This document shows positions 37,813 through 48,405 of a stretch of 64,000 nucleotides of DNA, piece after piece. Under the pieces are notes generated by a model that was not told the DNA's origin, searched no databases, and saw only the letters and a program-made list of their open reading frames with translations. The DNA is from a virus: positions 32,001 to 96,000 of the IMG/VR virus record IMGVR_UViG_3300045003_000080. One strand, written 5' to 3'. Position 1 is the first letter of the stretch; every line of letters starts with the position of its first letter. The position numbers and the translations under genes are program-made.

Positions 37813-38330
37813 ACGCCGGGGACCGTGTGGGCCTGCGCGGTCGGCTGAAACTGACGGTGGTGCGCCCGGACGGGTCGGTGCGTGAGCAGCGCGAGGGCGA
37901 CAACGTGGTGTGCACCACCGGATACACGGCGATTACGTCAGCGTTGGTGTGGTCGGGGATCCAGGACCAGGCCACGAACCTGGGCGTGACCAGCCCCACC
38001 TACCTGACCCCCCTGTACGGGGCGGTCGGATCCGGAACCGGAACCGTGCTGAAATCCGACACGGCGCTTCAGGCGGAACTGGGGCGGCAGGTCGTGGGCG
38101 CGGGCGCGTCGTCGCCGGCGTCGGCTACCGTCCCGGCGCAGACCACGTGGCTGTTTTATTTCGCGTCCCCGACGGTGACCTGGACGGTCGCCGAAGCGGG
38201 TGTGTTCGCGAATGCGACCTCTGCGATCAACTCCGGGTCGATGCTGGACCACTGGAGCTTCTCGCCGACGATCACGGTGCCCACCGCCGACTCGCTGATC
38301 TTGCAGGTCTCTTTCCAGTTCGGCCCCTAG
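37803..38330 (+). CDS. Tail-associated structural protein
   Basis: NVVCTTG...AVGSGTG...DTALQAELGR...EAGVF. Confidence 0.8.
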   Translation: MELNAGDRVGLRGRLKLTVVRPDGSVREQREGDNVVCTTGYTAITSALVWSGIQDQATNLGVTSPTYLTPLYGAVGSGTGTVLKSDTALQAELGRQVVGAGASSPASATVPAQTTWLFYFASPTVTWTVAEAGVFANATSAINSGSMLDHWSFSPTITVPTADSLILQVSFQFGP

Positions 38331-38340
38331 AAGGAGCGGC

Positions 38341-39087
38341 ATGGCGACGGCGAGCTGGTTGGCGGCCTCAGCCGGGAACGCCGCGAACGCCGGGCAGATC
38401 AACCAGTTCCTTGGCACCCACTCCTCGACGTGGACGTACGCCGGCACCCAGCGAGCGGCGCAAACCACCGGCTCTGGCGCGTACCAGTCCTCTGCCGGGA
38501 TGTACCTGGCGCAGAGCTTCACCACCGGTTCCGGTCAGACCACGCTCGGGCAGGTGTGGCTGCAGCTAAGCACGGTGGGCGGTTCGCCGCTCACCCCCCT
38601 GATCGGGACTCTCGCGGTGTCGCTGTACCCGAACGGCGCACCCACCGGGACGGCCCTGGCCTCGACCACGCTGGCCGAGCAGTACGTCTACACCGCACCG
38701 TTCTGGGTGCGTGTTCCCCTGGTCGCCTCGGGGTTGACGCCGTCGACGACGTACCAGATCGTGACGGCCCCGGCCGGTGCGGGCGGCCACTACTACACCT
38801 GGCAGCAGTCGAACCAGACATCCGGGGCGTCCGCGTCCCCGGACGGTGTCACTTGGTCGGCGCAGACGTTCGGGTTGATGTACCAGGTGTTCGACGACAC
38901 CCCGGGCAGTCAGCTGCAGTTGCTCTACGACGACGCCGGCGCCCGGTGGGTGAGCTTCACCTATGACAGTTTCGGGCGTATCGCGACGTTGACGGAGTAC
39001 TGCGTCGCCCAGAACCCGGCCGCACCGTTGGCGTCTGCCACGCGCACGTTCACCTACACGCAGGGTGTTTTGACGGGGGTGGCGTAA
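38341..39087 (+). CDS. Tail protein, paralog 1
   Basis: QINQFLGTH, AQSFTTG. Confidence 0.8.
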   Translation: MATASWLAASAGNAANAGQINQFLGTHSSTWTYAGTQRAAQTTGSGAYQSSAGMYLAQSFTTGSGQTTLGQVWLQLSTVGGSPLTPLIGTLAVSLYPNGAPTGTALASTTLAEQYVYTAPFWVRVPLVASGLTPSTTYQIVTAPAGAGGHYYTWQQSNQTSGASASPDGVTWSAQTFGLMYQVFDDTPGSQLQLLYDDAGARWVSFTYDSFGRIATLTEYCVAQNPAAPLASATRTFTYTQGVLTGVA

Positions 39088-39089
39088 CG

Positions 39090-41663
39090 ATGGGGTTCCT
39101 GGTCGGGTACGTCACGCCTCAGGACTATGGGGCGAGCGGCAACGGCACCAGCGACGATCTGGCGGGTGTGCAGGGCGCGATCAACGCTGTGCAGAGCGCG
39201 GGTGGCGGCACCGTCTTTTTCCCGGTCGGCACGTACCTGGTGTCCGGGATTCCCACGATCACCGGGAGCGGTATCAGTATCCGGGGCGCCGGCTGGTCCT
39301 CGGTGATCAAGCTCGCGACCTCCGCGCTCAACGCGAGTGGCACAACGATCGGGTTGTGGGTCAACGGGGGCAGCAATGTGTTGATCGAAGAACTCTGTGT
39401 CGATGGGAACTTCGCGTCGATCGCGAAAGACGGGGGTCAGGTCGTCGCGAGCACGACGTTCGGGTCCAGCGCGCTGGGCGCCGCGATCGTCACCGCCCCG
39501 ACGCAGGGAACCACTGAGACGTGGACGGTCAACGCGGCTGCCGCGACCGCGACCAGCGCGTATGCCGGTATCCCGTTCGTGTTCCAGGTCAATTCCGAAG
39601 AGGTCATCTGCACCGGGGGGCAGGGCACCACGTCGTGGACGGTAAGGCGCGGCTTCAACTCCACGACGACGGCGACGCACAGCAACGGCACGTCGATCAC
39701 GAACACGCAGGGCACCCTGTTCGACACGGTGATATCCACCTACGGTATCAACTCGCCGAAAGACTACCTGCCCTCCACCTACGCCGGTGGCATCGACCCG
39801 ACGACGTATCTCAAGCAGCGCATGCCGATCCGGATCACCGGCGCGTCGAACGTCACGGTGCGCAACTGCCTGATCCAGAACTCGATCTCAGCCGGGATCC
39901 TGGCTGACGCCGCGTCGGTGAACGGTTGCACGGACGTCCTGGTGACGAACAACAGGGTTAAATTAACCTGGGACAACGGCGTCTACTGCCATCAGGGCGT
40001 CCAGTACGCGACGGTCGCGAACAACGAAATCAGCGACACGACATACAACGGTGTGTCTGCCGTGTACAGCGACCACATCCTCGTGACCAGCAACAACATC
40101 CGCCTCGCGGGCCCGTCCTACGCCGACAGTGGCGGCGTGCAAATCAACGGGTCGAGTAACTGCGAGGTCATGGGCAACCTGATCGACCAGTGCCAGTTCT
40201 ACGGCGTCGAGGCCCTCTCCACAGTGGAAACGAACATCACCGGGGGCGCGGGCGGCAACCAGGTGTGGGCGTCGAACACGATCATCGCGAACAATTCAAT
40301 CACCGGATGTCATGCTGCCGACTTCCCGACGCACACCTCACCCGGGGTGAATGTGTTCGGCGCGTCCAACACGGCGATCATCGGCAACACCATCGACAAC
40401 TGCGACTACGGCGTCAGCATGGGCAGCAAATCATCGCTCACCCAAATCCTGAACAACCGCATCACCCGGTCCACATCACTTGGTATCAATGTCGGTAACA
40501 GCGCGGACGTGATCGGCACGATCATCCGGGGCAACCTGATCGCGTACGGCAAGTCGCATGGTGTGTTCGCGAACGCTCCGACGCGGATCGAGGGCAACAC
40601 GATCACCGCGAACGGGAGCGGTGGCACCGGGATGGGTGTCAACCTGTCGTCGCCGCCCACCGGCATCCCCAACAAGATCGACTGGGTGCTGAACAACACG
40701 ATCACCGGGAACGCCGACAGTGGCCTGTACGCCAACGCCGGCTCCGGGAACATCGCGTACGCGCAAGGCAACCTGTTCAGCAACGACCAGTTCGTGCTGT
40801 TCAACGACGCGTCGATCACGTTCAACTCGACGACCATGACGTCCGCGACCGCGTCGTTCACCAACTCCGACGTCGGCCTGCCGATCGTGCTGATGGATCA
40901 GGGCTCCGGTGGTGTGACGACCGCGACGACGGTCGCTTCGGTCACGAACTCCACCACGATCGTGCTCGCGTCAGCCGCGCAGGCCACCGAAACCGGGGTC
41001 ACGTTCTGGATCGGGCGCGGCGTGGCGAGCTACACCGACGGGTCGACGACGAACGCCGCCAGCAGCGTCCTGACCAGTGCGACGGCAGGGTTCACCTCGT
41101 CGGATGCGGGCAAGCTCATCGTGCTGTTGTCGCAGTCGCTCACCCCGAGTGTGCTGTTCGTCGGCACGATCGCGAGCTTCACCAACTCCACGACGGTCAC
41201 CCTGTCCGGGCCGGCCGGGTTGATCTCCGCCTGCACGTTGATCATCAACAGGAGTAACGCGCAGCAGGTACGCGGCATCAACAACGGATCAGGGCTCTGC
41301 ATCGACAAGAACAACATCGTGTGGGGTATCCCCGAAGTATTAACGGGTGGAAACACGTTCAACTTGCAGGCGCGTGACCGGTGGGAGGTGTACGACGCGG
41401 CGACCACCCTGGACCGCACCGCCCGGTACGTCGCCTACGTCGCGCTCACGGCTGCGCGCACCCTCACCCTCGCCGACGCGACCACCGTCCCCCCCGGCGC
41501 CCTGGTCGTGATCAAAGACGAGGCGGGCACAGCCGGCAGCAACACGATCACGGTCGCGACCCAGAACTCGCAGACCATCGACGGCGCGTCCACGAAAACG
41601 ATCACGTCGAACTACGGGCTGCTGCGCCTGACCCCGTCGGCCGCGCAGTGGTTCACCACGTAG
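39090..41663 (+). CDS. Tailspike with right-handed beta-helix
   Basis: DYGASGNGTSDDLAGVQGAI...TVFFPVGTY; many I.NN.I repeats. Confidence 0.88.
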   Translation: MGFLVGYVTPQDYGASGNGTSDDLAGVQGAINAVQSAGGGTVFFPVGTYLVSGIPTITGSGISIRGAGWSSVIKLATSALNASGTTIGLWVNGGSNVLIEELCVDGNFASIAKDGGQVVASTTFGSSALGAAIVTAPTQGTTETWTVNAAAATATSAYAGIPFVFQVNSEEVICTGGQGTTSWTVRRGFNSTTTATHSNGTSITNTQGTLFDTVISTYGINSPKDYLPSTYAGGIDPTTYLKQRMPIRITGASNVTVRNCLIQNSISAGILADAASVNGCTDVLVTNNRVKLTWDNGVYCHQGVQYATVANNEISDTTYNGVSAVYSDHILVTSNNIRLAGPSYADSGGVQINGSSNCEVMGNLIDQCQFYGVEALSTVETNITGGAGGNQVWASNTIIANNSITGCHAADFPTHTSPGVNVFGASNTAIIGNTIDNCDYGVSMGSKSSLTQILNNRITRSTSLGINVGNSADVIGTIIRGNLIAYGKSHGVFANAPTRIEGNTITANGSGGTGMGVNLSSPPTGIPNKIDWVLNNTITGNADSGLYANAGSGNIAYAQGNLFSNDQFVLFNDASITFNSTTMTSATASFTNSDVGLPIVLMDQGSGGVTTATTVASVTNSTTIVLASAAQATETGVTFWIGRGVASYTDGSTTNAASSVLTSATAGFTSSDAGKLIVLLSQSLTPSVLFVGTIASFTNSTTVTLSGPAGLISACTLIINRSNAQQVRGINNGSGLCIDKNNIVWGIPEVLTGGNTFNLQARDRWEVYDAATTLDRTARYVAYVALTAARTLTLADATTVPPGALVVIKDEAGTAGSNTITVATQNSQTIDGASTKTITSNYGLLRLTPSAAQWFTT

Positions 41664-41679
41664 ACGGGCGGGGGGCGCG

Positions 41680-42405
41680 ATGGTGAACTGGGTCGCCGCG
41701 TCGAGCGGCTCCGCCCCGTTGGCAGCGCAGATCAACCAGTTCCTGACCACCCACGCGTTCACGGCTGTGTACACGGGCGCCGAGCAGGATCATCAGGCCA
41801 CAGCCGGCTCCGGCGCCGTGGACTCCAACAGTCTGTACATCGCGCAGAAGTTCACCTCTGGCGGCACATACACGTCCGGGCGGGTCGTGCTCACCCTCGC
41901 GGTGACTGGGACGCCGGCGCCGTGGTCGTTGTCTTTGCAGTCAGACAACTCTGGGGCGCCGTCCGGGACGATCCTGGCCGGCCCGGTCGCGGTCCCCAAC
42001 GGGTTCGTGCCCGCCAGCGCCGCGACCGTGTCGATTCCCCTGCCGGGCGCGTCGATCACGTCGGGCACCGTGTACTGGATCGTTGCGCACGCGGCCGGCG
42101 ACGTGTCCAACTTCTACGCGTGGAGCAAATCGAACCAGGCCACCGGGGCGTCGACGTCGGCGAACGGCAGCACCTGGTCGGCGCAGGCGTACGGGTTGCT
42201 GTTCCAGGTGTGGGACTCGACGATCGTCACCCCCATGGTGCACACCTGGGAAGACTCGGCCGCAAGGTGGACCACCCTCGCGTACAACGCCCAGTCCACC
42301 CCGTCGAAGATCAGCGAGTACACCGTCGCGCAGGCCGCCAACGACTACGTGTCCAGTGTGCGCAGCTTCACCTACACCAACGGGCTGCCGACCTCGATCG
42401 CGTAA
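41680..42405 (+). CDS. Tail protein, paralog 2
   Basis: QINQFLTTH, AQKFTSG. Confidence 0.8.
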   Translation: MVNWVAASSGSAPLAAQINQFLTTHAFTAVYTGAEQDHQATAGSGAVDSNSLYIAQKFTSGGTYTSGRVVLTLAVTGTPAPWSLSLQSDNSGAPSGTILAGPVAVPNGFVPASAATVSIPLPGASITSGTVYWIVAHAAGDVSNFYAWSKSNQATGASTSANGSTWSAQAYGLLFQVWDSTIVTPMVHTWEDSAARWTTLAYNAQSTPSKISEYTVAQAANDYVSSVRSFTYTNGLPTSIA

Positions 42406-42414
42406 GGAGAGCCG

Positions 42415-44733
42415 GTGGCCACCACGAGCACCCCCCAGTGGGCGGCGCGCCACGACGGGATCCTGGGCCAGGCCGACGCCACCGCCCGCGCAGCCGACAT
42501 CAACCAGCTGCTCGGCACACACAGCGACAGCCCGGTCTACCAGGGCAACCAGATCGTCACCCCCACCGGACAAGGCGGCACCGACTGGGCGCTCGCGTTC
42601 GACACCCTCGACATCGACCAGCCGTTCACCATGTCCGGAACCGCCATCGGCCGGGTGACCATCCCTGTCCTGCCGGTCGGCAACGGAGCCGACCTGGTGG
42701 TGTCCCTGTGCAACGACAACTCCGGCAACCCGGGCGCCGTCATCACCCGCACACGGGTACCCGCGACGTGGATCAACCAGCTCGCAGCCGTAAACGGCAT
42801 CACCGGGCCCAGCGTCCAGCCACCTTCGACGCAGTACACGAACAATGCGCTGGCCGTCGCCCAGTTCAACGCCCTACACCAGGGCACGAGCACGAAGAAG
42901 GGATACGCCCCCCCGGCAGCTACGTCGGGTGGACCGTCGTCCGGTGCGATGAACACGGCTTACGGTAACTACCTGATCTTTGTCGGTGGCGTCATCAACG
43001 CAAACACTGCCGTCAGTGGCGTATTCACTATCCCCTGCGACACGGCTGGCAACGTCGGGGCGGGCATCCCACAGCCCTCGCTCGTCACCCCGAACGACGG
43101 CTCCTGCGGTCTGGTCGTTAGTACGGAGGCGCCCGACGGGAACCTCTACGTCGTCATGACCGGTGGGGCGACGACGTTCAATGGCTCACCCACAACGGCC
43201 ACATACACCGCACAGTTCGATGCCTCGTCGGGTTCGATCTCAGCCTGGTCAGCGCAGGCAGCACTGCCTCAGGCCCTTCAATGGCACGTCATGGCGGCGT
43301 GGAATGGGTACGTCTACACGGTCGGTGGCGGCAGCGCCGGGAACGCGGTCTACTACGGGCAACTGCAGAACGGGCAGATCACCGCGTGGAACACCGGCCC
43401 GTCCCTGCCGCAGGCGGCCACGTTCCTGTACGCGACGGCGATCAACGCGTTCTTGTTCGCGATCGGTAACGCTGGCGCCGGTACTCAAACGAACGTGTAC
43501 TACGCCCCGATCAACTCGGACGGGTCGCTCGGCTCGTGGCAGAACGGCCCGTCACTCCCCTCGTACGGCTGGACCGGCATCCCCGCGCTCAACGCGGACA
43601 GCTACGGCATCGTCGCGCAGATCGGCACGACCCACCTCATGACGCTGGGCGTGTCCGGGAACGGCCCCGACATCGCGTGGCAGGTGTTCACCGAGCCCGC
43701 CCCGTTCGGGGGTGGCTTGTTCTCCGTGCTGGTGCCGGTGACGTCGGGGCAGTGGCAGTTCTACACCCTGTACGGGTCCACGTACCTCACTGTGCCGATC
43801 TACCTGACGCCCCGGATCTCGGTGCCCCTGCCGGCGACGGGCCTCACCAATAGCGCGACGTACCACATCCTGTTGCAGCAGCCGAACGGCAGCACAGCCG
43901 ACTACCTACGCACCAGCGTTGACCTGGACGCGCTGCCTGGGAATCCGACGCTGAGGACCAGCCCGAAGAACACCTGGACGTGGACGGCGAATCCGACGGC
44001 CGGAACCGCGATCCCGATCGGGATCTACGACAACAGCAACGGCACCGCTAACGCGAACGGCGCGACGGGCAACAACGTGGTGTGGCACACGTGGCAGGAC
44101 AACGGGGCGCGGATCACGACCCTGGTGCGGGCCACCACACCGGACCAGAGGCTGATCGGGATCTGCGAGTCGACGGTGAACCCCACGGCCCTGAACAGCA
44201 ACACCGGGTTCGAGACGACGATCTCGCCGTGGACGACGGGCACCGGGACGCTGGTGCGCAGCAACACGCAGGCGTATGAGGGCACGTGGTCAGCGCGGAT
44301 GACGCCGAACGGCACGAGCGCGAATGTGTTTTTCCAGTCGGAGAACCTGCCGTGTGTGCCCGGGGTGTCGTACACGGTGACGATGTGGGTGTACGCCGTC
44401 AACACGATCACCAGCAACTTCTCGGCGACGTTGTTTTGGTACAACGCTGGCGGGACGTTCATTTCCGAGTCGGACAACCTGGTGAGCATCCCGGCGAACA
44501 CGTGGACGCTGGTGAGTAACACGTTCACCGCGCCAAGCGGCGCGTATCAGCTCTCGATCAATCCGCGCCAGTCCGGCACGCCCCCGGTCGGCAACGTCTT
44601 CTACGTCGACAACGCGTGGGCGTATGAGACGTCCGGTGGCGCCCCGAACGCGACGGTGTCGCAGGTCACGTATGCCGGCACGTGGCCGGGGTCGGCGATC
44701 TGGCCTGCGACCGGCGTCACCCGACTCGCGTAG
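42415..44733 (+). CDS. Receptor-binding protein, paralog 3, with Kelch-like propeller and CBM4/9-like domain
   Basis: DINQLLGTH; YVYTVGG..W..GPSLP repeats; NTGFET..W...AYEGTWS. Confidence 0.8.
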   Translation: MATTSTPQWAARHDGILGQADATARAADINQLLGTHSDSPVYQGNQIVTPTGQGGTDWALAFDTLDIDQPFTMSGTAIGRVTIPVLPVGNGADLVVSLCNDNSGNPGAVITRTRVPATWINQLAAVNGITGPSVQPPSTQYTNNALAVAQFNALHQGTSTKKGYAPPAATSGGPSSGAMNTAYGNYLIFVGGVINANTAVSGVFTIPCDTAGNVGAGIPQPSLVTPNDGSCGLVVSTEAPDGNLYVVMTGGATTFNGSPTTATYTAQFDASSGSISAWSAQAALPQALQWHVMAAWNGYVYTVGGGSAGNAVYYGQLQNGQITAWNTGPSLPQAATFLYATAINAFLFAIGNAGAGTQTNVYYAPINSDGSLGSWQNGPSLPSYGWTGIPALNADSYGIVAQIGTTHLMTLGVSGNGPDIAWQVFTEPAPFGGGLFSVLVPVTSGQWQFYTLYGSTYLTVPIYLTPRISVPLPATGLTNSATYHILLQQPNGSTADYLRTSVDLDALPGNPTLRTSPKNTWTWTANPTAGTAIPIGIYDNSNGTANANGATGNNVVWHTWQDNGARITTLVRATTPDQRLIGICESTVNPTALNSNTGFETTISPWTTGTGTLVRSNTQAYEGTWSARMTPNGTSANVFFQSENLPCVPGVSYTVTMWVYAVNTITSNFSATLFWYNAGGTFISESDNLVSIPANTWTLVSNTFTAPSGAYQLSINPRQSGTPPVGNVFYVDNAWAYETSGGAPNATVSQVTYAGTWPGSAIWPATGVTRLA

Positions 44734-44740
44734 GAGGCGT

Positions 44741-45199
44741 GTGGCGACAACGTTCGAGGCACTGCTGCTTGCGCAGGTGAATTTTGTACTCAATCCGCCA
44801 CGTTTCCGGGGTTCGATCCTGTCGGCGACCGCAATCTCCGTGAGCACGAACATCCCTTATTCCACGATCAGCGAGGACTCCTACGGTGGCTGGAATTCCA
44901 GCAACCACTACTGGGTCGTGCCGGTCGCGGGGCTCTACCACGTAACGATTCAATTCAAATGGAGTGGCACGCCAAGCGCGGCACCATCCCCGGACCTGGT
45001 GAAAACCGGCACGAACGCGCTGAACGGCCCGAACGCGTCGGCCACGACCGCATCGACCGGCGTATCCATTTCGGGGCTCGTTCGGTGCAACGTGGGCGAT
45101 CAGCTCGCCGCGCAGACACAGGCCGCCAGCAGTGGTTTCACCACAATCGCCGACCCGTCGGACAACAATTTCATGGAAATTTTCTTCGTTTCGTTGTGA
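44741..45199 (+). CDS. C1q-like fibre tip protein
   Basis: DSYGGW...VPVAGLY...VRCNVGD. Confidence 0.7.
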   Translation: MATTFEALLLAQVNFVLNPPRFRGSILSATAISVSTNIPYSTISEDSYGGWNSSNHYWVVPVAGLYHVTIQFKWSGTPSAAPSPDLVKTGTNALNGPNASATTASTGVSISGLVRCNVGDQLAAQTQAASSGFTTIADPSDNNFMEIFFVSL

Positions 45200-45211
45200 C
45201 GGCTCCTGCTG

Positions 45212-45469
45212 TCACCGCGTCCACGGGTCTCGGCGTATTCCGATACGAGCGCGCACTGCTTCGTAGAGCCAGTACGACCACACGGGCCAGTCGTATGGCT
45301 CGGGGACGGGACGGCTTGAGGACCAGCCGACGAGAGGCGGCATGATCAGGGCGAGCGCGACAAGGGGGAGGCACGCCGCGCCGAACACGGCAGCCGACGT
45401 TGTCGCGCTGGCGAGCAACGTGCCCCACAGGGCGAGGAACACCCGGTGTGCGGCGAGGCACTTTCGCAT
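45212..45469 (-). CDS. Small membrane protein antisense to the late operon
   Basis: AAGGAG RBS; two hydrophobic segments. Confidence 0.55.
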   Translation of the reverse strand: MRKCLAAHRVFLALWGTLLASATTSAAVFGAACLPLVALALIMPPLVGWSSSRPVPEPYDWPVWSYWLYEAVRARIGIRRDPWTR

Positions 45470-45559
45470 GGCTGCTCCTTCCCTTCGATTCATTCGCACG
45501 ATAACACCGAGACGCCGAGATCACCGCGTTTTGTGACAACTCATACGGGGGGTGACGTG

Positions 45560-46045
45560 GTGACTGACGCTGTCCATATCGAGCGCCGCACTCTTCATGA
45601 GGCGGTCGCCTATCCGCCACATGCCCCCCGTGAAACGGATCCGCACTATGGCGTCTTCCGTCACGCCCAACACCACCTCATCCACGTGCTCGGTGTGCCG
45701 TGCTGGATCGGTGGGGCGACGCTGGCGCAGATCAAAGCCGGGCTGTCGCCAGCCCATCGCTGCCACGGGGCGACGCAACTCGAAGCGCATCACGCAGTCG
45801 CCGAGTTCGCTGGCCTTTCGGAGATCGACTGGCAGAAGGTCGCCAAGGACTTTCCATTAGCAGGGATCCATTCCGACGAGGATTTCCTGAATTTCGCAGA
45901 GTCGGAGGGCGGCCTCATGATCATATGCGACAAGCATCATCGCGGGCCGAATCACGGAATTCATGCCATTACGTACCCGGCGTGGCTGCTCGACCGGTAC
46001 GCCCGCGACGACTACGAGTTCCTACCCGATCCGGCCGCCACGTGA
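45560..46045 (+). CDS. HNH-like protein
   Basis: LEAHH...IICDKHHRG...GIH. Confidence 0.65.
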   Translation: MTDAVHIERRTLHEAVAYPPHAPRETDPHYGVFRHAQHHLIHVLGVPCWIGGATLAQIKAGLSPAHRCHGATQLEAHHAVAEFAGLSEIDWQKVAKDFPLAGIHSDEDFLNFAESEGGLMIICDKHHRGPNHGIHAITYPAWLLDRYARDDYEFLPDPAAT

Positions 46046-46407
46046 ATCTTTTGCGTCGGCTGCCCCGGTGGTTGCGTGTCGCGTTGCTCGGCGCGAATTT
46101 CGCGGCGTCGCTCGGGGTGCTGGTCAACTGGTGGCTGGCCGTGTGGCCGAATCTGGCGGCAGCCTGGTTTCAGACCTCTGCGATAGTCGCGCTCGCGATG
46201 CCGCTCAGTGTGTGGGTTGGGCGCGTGCTCGACACCCATCACGACCGGGTGGCGGCGCACCAGGAACGCGAGCACGCGGCGACACGGCAGCACGTGGAGG
46301 AGCGGCTGGCCACGCACGCTGCTGCACACGACGAACGCATGGCAGTGATCTCCGACCAGATCGCGGCGTTGCACGCGAAGCTCGACCAGCCGGGAGGTAC
46401 GCCGTGA
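46042..46407 (+). CDS. Membrane protein (holin candidate)
   Basis: Two TM segments plus helical tail; coupled to endolysin. Confidence 0.65.
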   Translation: MNLLRRLPRWLRVALLGANFAASLGVLVNWWLAVWPNLAAAWFQTSAIVALAMPLSVWVGRVLDTHHDRVAAHQEREHAATRQHVEERLATHAAAHDERMAVISDQIAALHAKLDQPGGTP

Positions 46408-47450
46408 CCGTCACCTTTGGGATCGATATCGCGTCGTACGAGGCGGGGGAGGTGCTCAGCGAGGTCCATAGCGAGGGGTTCACTTTCGCGTATGTGAAAG
46501 CGACTCAGGGCACGAGCTACGTTGACCCGTACTTCGCGGGGTGGGCGGCCGGCCCAGGCGGCCTGATCTTCATCCCGTACCACTACGTCACCACCGAGGA
46601 CCCGGGGGCGCAGGCACGGTTCTTCCGGAGCGTTGCCGGGCCGGTGCCGGCAGTGATGCTCGACGTGGAGCAGGGCGCGCCCACGACCGGCGCCGGGGTG
46701 CTCGCGGTGATCGACGCGTTCACGGTGCTCGGCTACGTCGTCGACGTGTATCTGCCTCGCTGGTACTGGGCGCAGATCGGGTCACCCGATATGACGACGT
46801 GGCCGGTGCGTAACCTCATCGCCAGCGACTACCCGAGCACCCAATCGGGGTACGCCTTCGACCTGTACCCGGGCGACGACTACAAGGGGTGGGCGGCGTA
46901 CGGGAACAAGACGCCGGCGATTCTACAGTTCACCGACGCCGCCAAGGTGGGCGGGCAGCTCGTCGACGCGAACGCCGCGTCAGCGTCGGCGCGGTTCCTG
47001 ACCCTACCGCCACCAGCGCCCCCGGTCGTCTCCGACGTGCCCCCCGGGTGGGCGGCAACCGTCGCGACGGTGCAGGCGCAGCTCAACCGGTGGCCGTTTT
47101 CTCCGGTGCTCGTCGTCGACGACGTGCTGGGCCCGAAAACTGACGCAGCCGTCAGGGTGTTTCAACACGCAGCCGGGATCACCGTGGACGGGATCGCCGG
47201 CCCGCAAACCGTGCGCCGGGTCACCGCCTGGTACGACCCGACCCGGCCACCCCTACAGCAGGGCGCGACCGGGTCGGCTGTGTCGTGGTTGCAGGCGGAG
47301 CTGAACCGGACGATCAGCGCCGGGCTCGTCGTTGACGGCGTGTTCGGACCCGTGACGCTTGCAGAAGTCGACCGTTTCCAGGCGGTGCGGGGCCTGGTCG
47401 CCGACGGGCTCGTTGGCCGCATCACAAACGCTGCCGTGCAGATCCCTTAG
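46404..47450 (+). CDS. Endolysin: GH25 muramidase plus two PG-binding domains
   Basis: GIDIASY, YVKATQG, LDVE, ILQFT; DG..GP.T repeats. Confidence 0.93.
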   Translation: MTVTFGIDIASYEAGEVLSEVHSEGFTFAYVKATQGTSYVDPYFAGWAAGPGGLIFIPYHYVTTEDPGAQARFFRSVAGPVPAVMLDVEQGAPTTGAGVLAVIDAFTVLGYVVDVYLPRWYWAQIGSPDMTTWPVRNLIASDYPSTQSGYAFDLYPGDDYKGWAAYGNKTPAILQFTDAAKVGGQLVDANAASASARFLTLPPPAPPVVSDVPPGWAATVATVQAQLNRWPFSPVLVVDDVLGPKTDAAVRVFQHAAGITVDGIAGPQTVRRVTAWYDPTRPPLQQGATGSAVSWLQAELNRTISAGLVVDGVFGPVTLAEVDRFQAVRGLVADGLVGRITNAAVQIP

Positions 47451-47471
47451 CCGACACGTGGGAGGAAACGT

Positions 47472-47921
47472 GTGCGTGGTCGTCGCCTGCAAGGGCTTGG
47501 ACACATCTTTCGGCAACAACCGTACGAGGTCGCGTTCGCGCTCGCGTGTTTGAGCGCGCTGTGGGCGTTGCGCGCAGGCAGTGGCTCGGGTGCGGTGGCC
47601 CGGGTCCTGCCGCATTGGGGTTTGGTCGCGACCGACCTGGTGCTCGCTGCTGGTGGCGCGTTGACCCTGTTCGGGCTGGTGGTGGCCGGGTCGACGCTTG
47701 ATGATGTGCGCCGGGTTCTGGGGCGCCGGGTGGAGCAGGGCGGCCAGTTCCTGATCGCGGGTGTGTTCGCGGCGACGGCGATCGTGGTGTATTCGCTCGG
47801 GTCGGTCGGCACGGTCCCGGGTGCGGTGTATACGGCGCTCGCTGCTGCGTCGGCGACCCGGGCTGCGATGATCGGGCACACGTTCGCGCAGGCCGGCCGG
47901 GATCGGACGGACCTGGGATGA
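47472..47921 (+). CDS. 4-TM membrane protein (holin candidate)
   Basis: GGGAGG RBS; hydrophobic helices. Confidence 0.7.
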   Translation: MRGRRLQGLGHIFRQQPYEVAFALACLSALWALRAGSGSGAVARVLPHWGLVATDLVLAAGGALTLFGLVVAGSTLDDVRRVLGRRVEQGGQFLIAGVFAATAIVVYSLGSVGTVPGAVYTALAAASATRAAMIGHTFAQAGRDRTDLG

Positions 47922-48352
47922 ACGCCACAGAGTTGAGCGCCTATGCGGCGCTGATCCTTGCGGTTGTGAGCGCCACGATGAGTGTGTATAGGGGTTGGCG
48001 TAAACGGATTCAGGACGCTGCTCAGCAGCCTTTTTTGGTGGGTAACGCGGCGATCGAGGAAGCGCAGACGGCTTTACGCCTTAAGAATGACAGGTTGGCG
48101 GAACTCACCGAGTCGGAGGCGCGGCTGCGTGTCGCCCTGGCGGAGGCGAAAGGGACGGCTGAGGCGCAGCAGCAGCAGATCGTCGAACTCCAGTCGCGGC
48201 TGTACCAGGTGGATGCGACGAACCGGGAGTTGCAGGTGCGGGCGGAGGCGGCTGAGCGTCGGGAGCAGGAGCAGGTGTCGCGTATCGCGACGTTGGAGCG
48301 TGATATCGCGGATTTGCGGGTGAAGCTCGCGCTGCAGAACCCGGGCTACTGA
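47918..48352 (+). CDS. TM-anchored coiled-coil lysis accessory protein
   Basis: N-terminal TM then long heptad pattern. Confidence 0.7.
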   Translation: MNATELSAYAALILAVVSATMSVYRGWRKRIQDAAQQPFLVGNAAIEEAQTALRLKNDRLAELTESEARLRVALAEAKGTAEAQQQQIVELQSRLYQVDATNRELQVRAEAAERREQEQVSRIATLERDIADLRVKLALQNPGY

Positions 48353-48377
48353 GCACGCTGTAAGTGGGCTGGTTACC

Positions 48378-48401
48378 GTGCCGGGGCCGTAGCCCCGGCA
48401 C
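48378..48401. terminator. Hairpin between late operon and array B
   Basis: GTGCCGGGGC-CGTA-GCCCCGGCAC. Confidence 0.7.
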
Positions 48402-48405
48402 CCCT

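Noticed and set aside
38341-45199. Diversity-generating retroelement acting on tail genes
   Set aside because: No reverse transcriptase and no TR/VR pair differing at adenines was seen.
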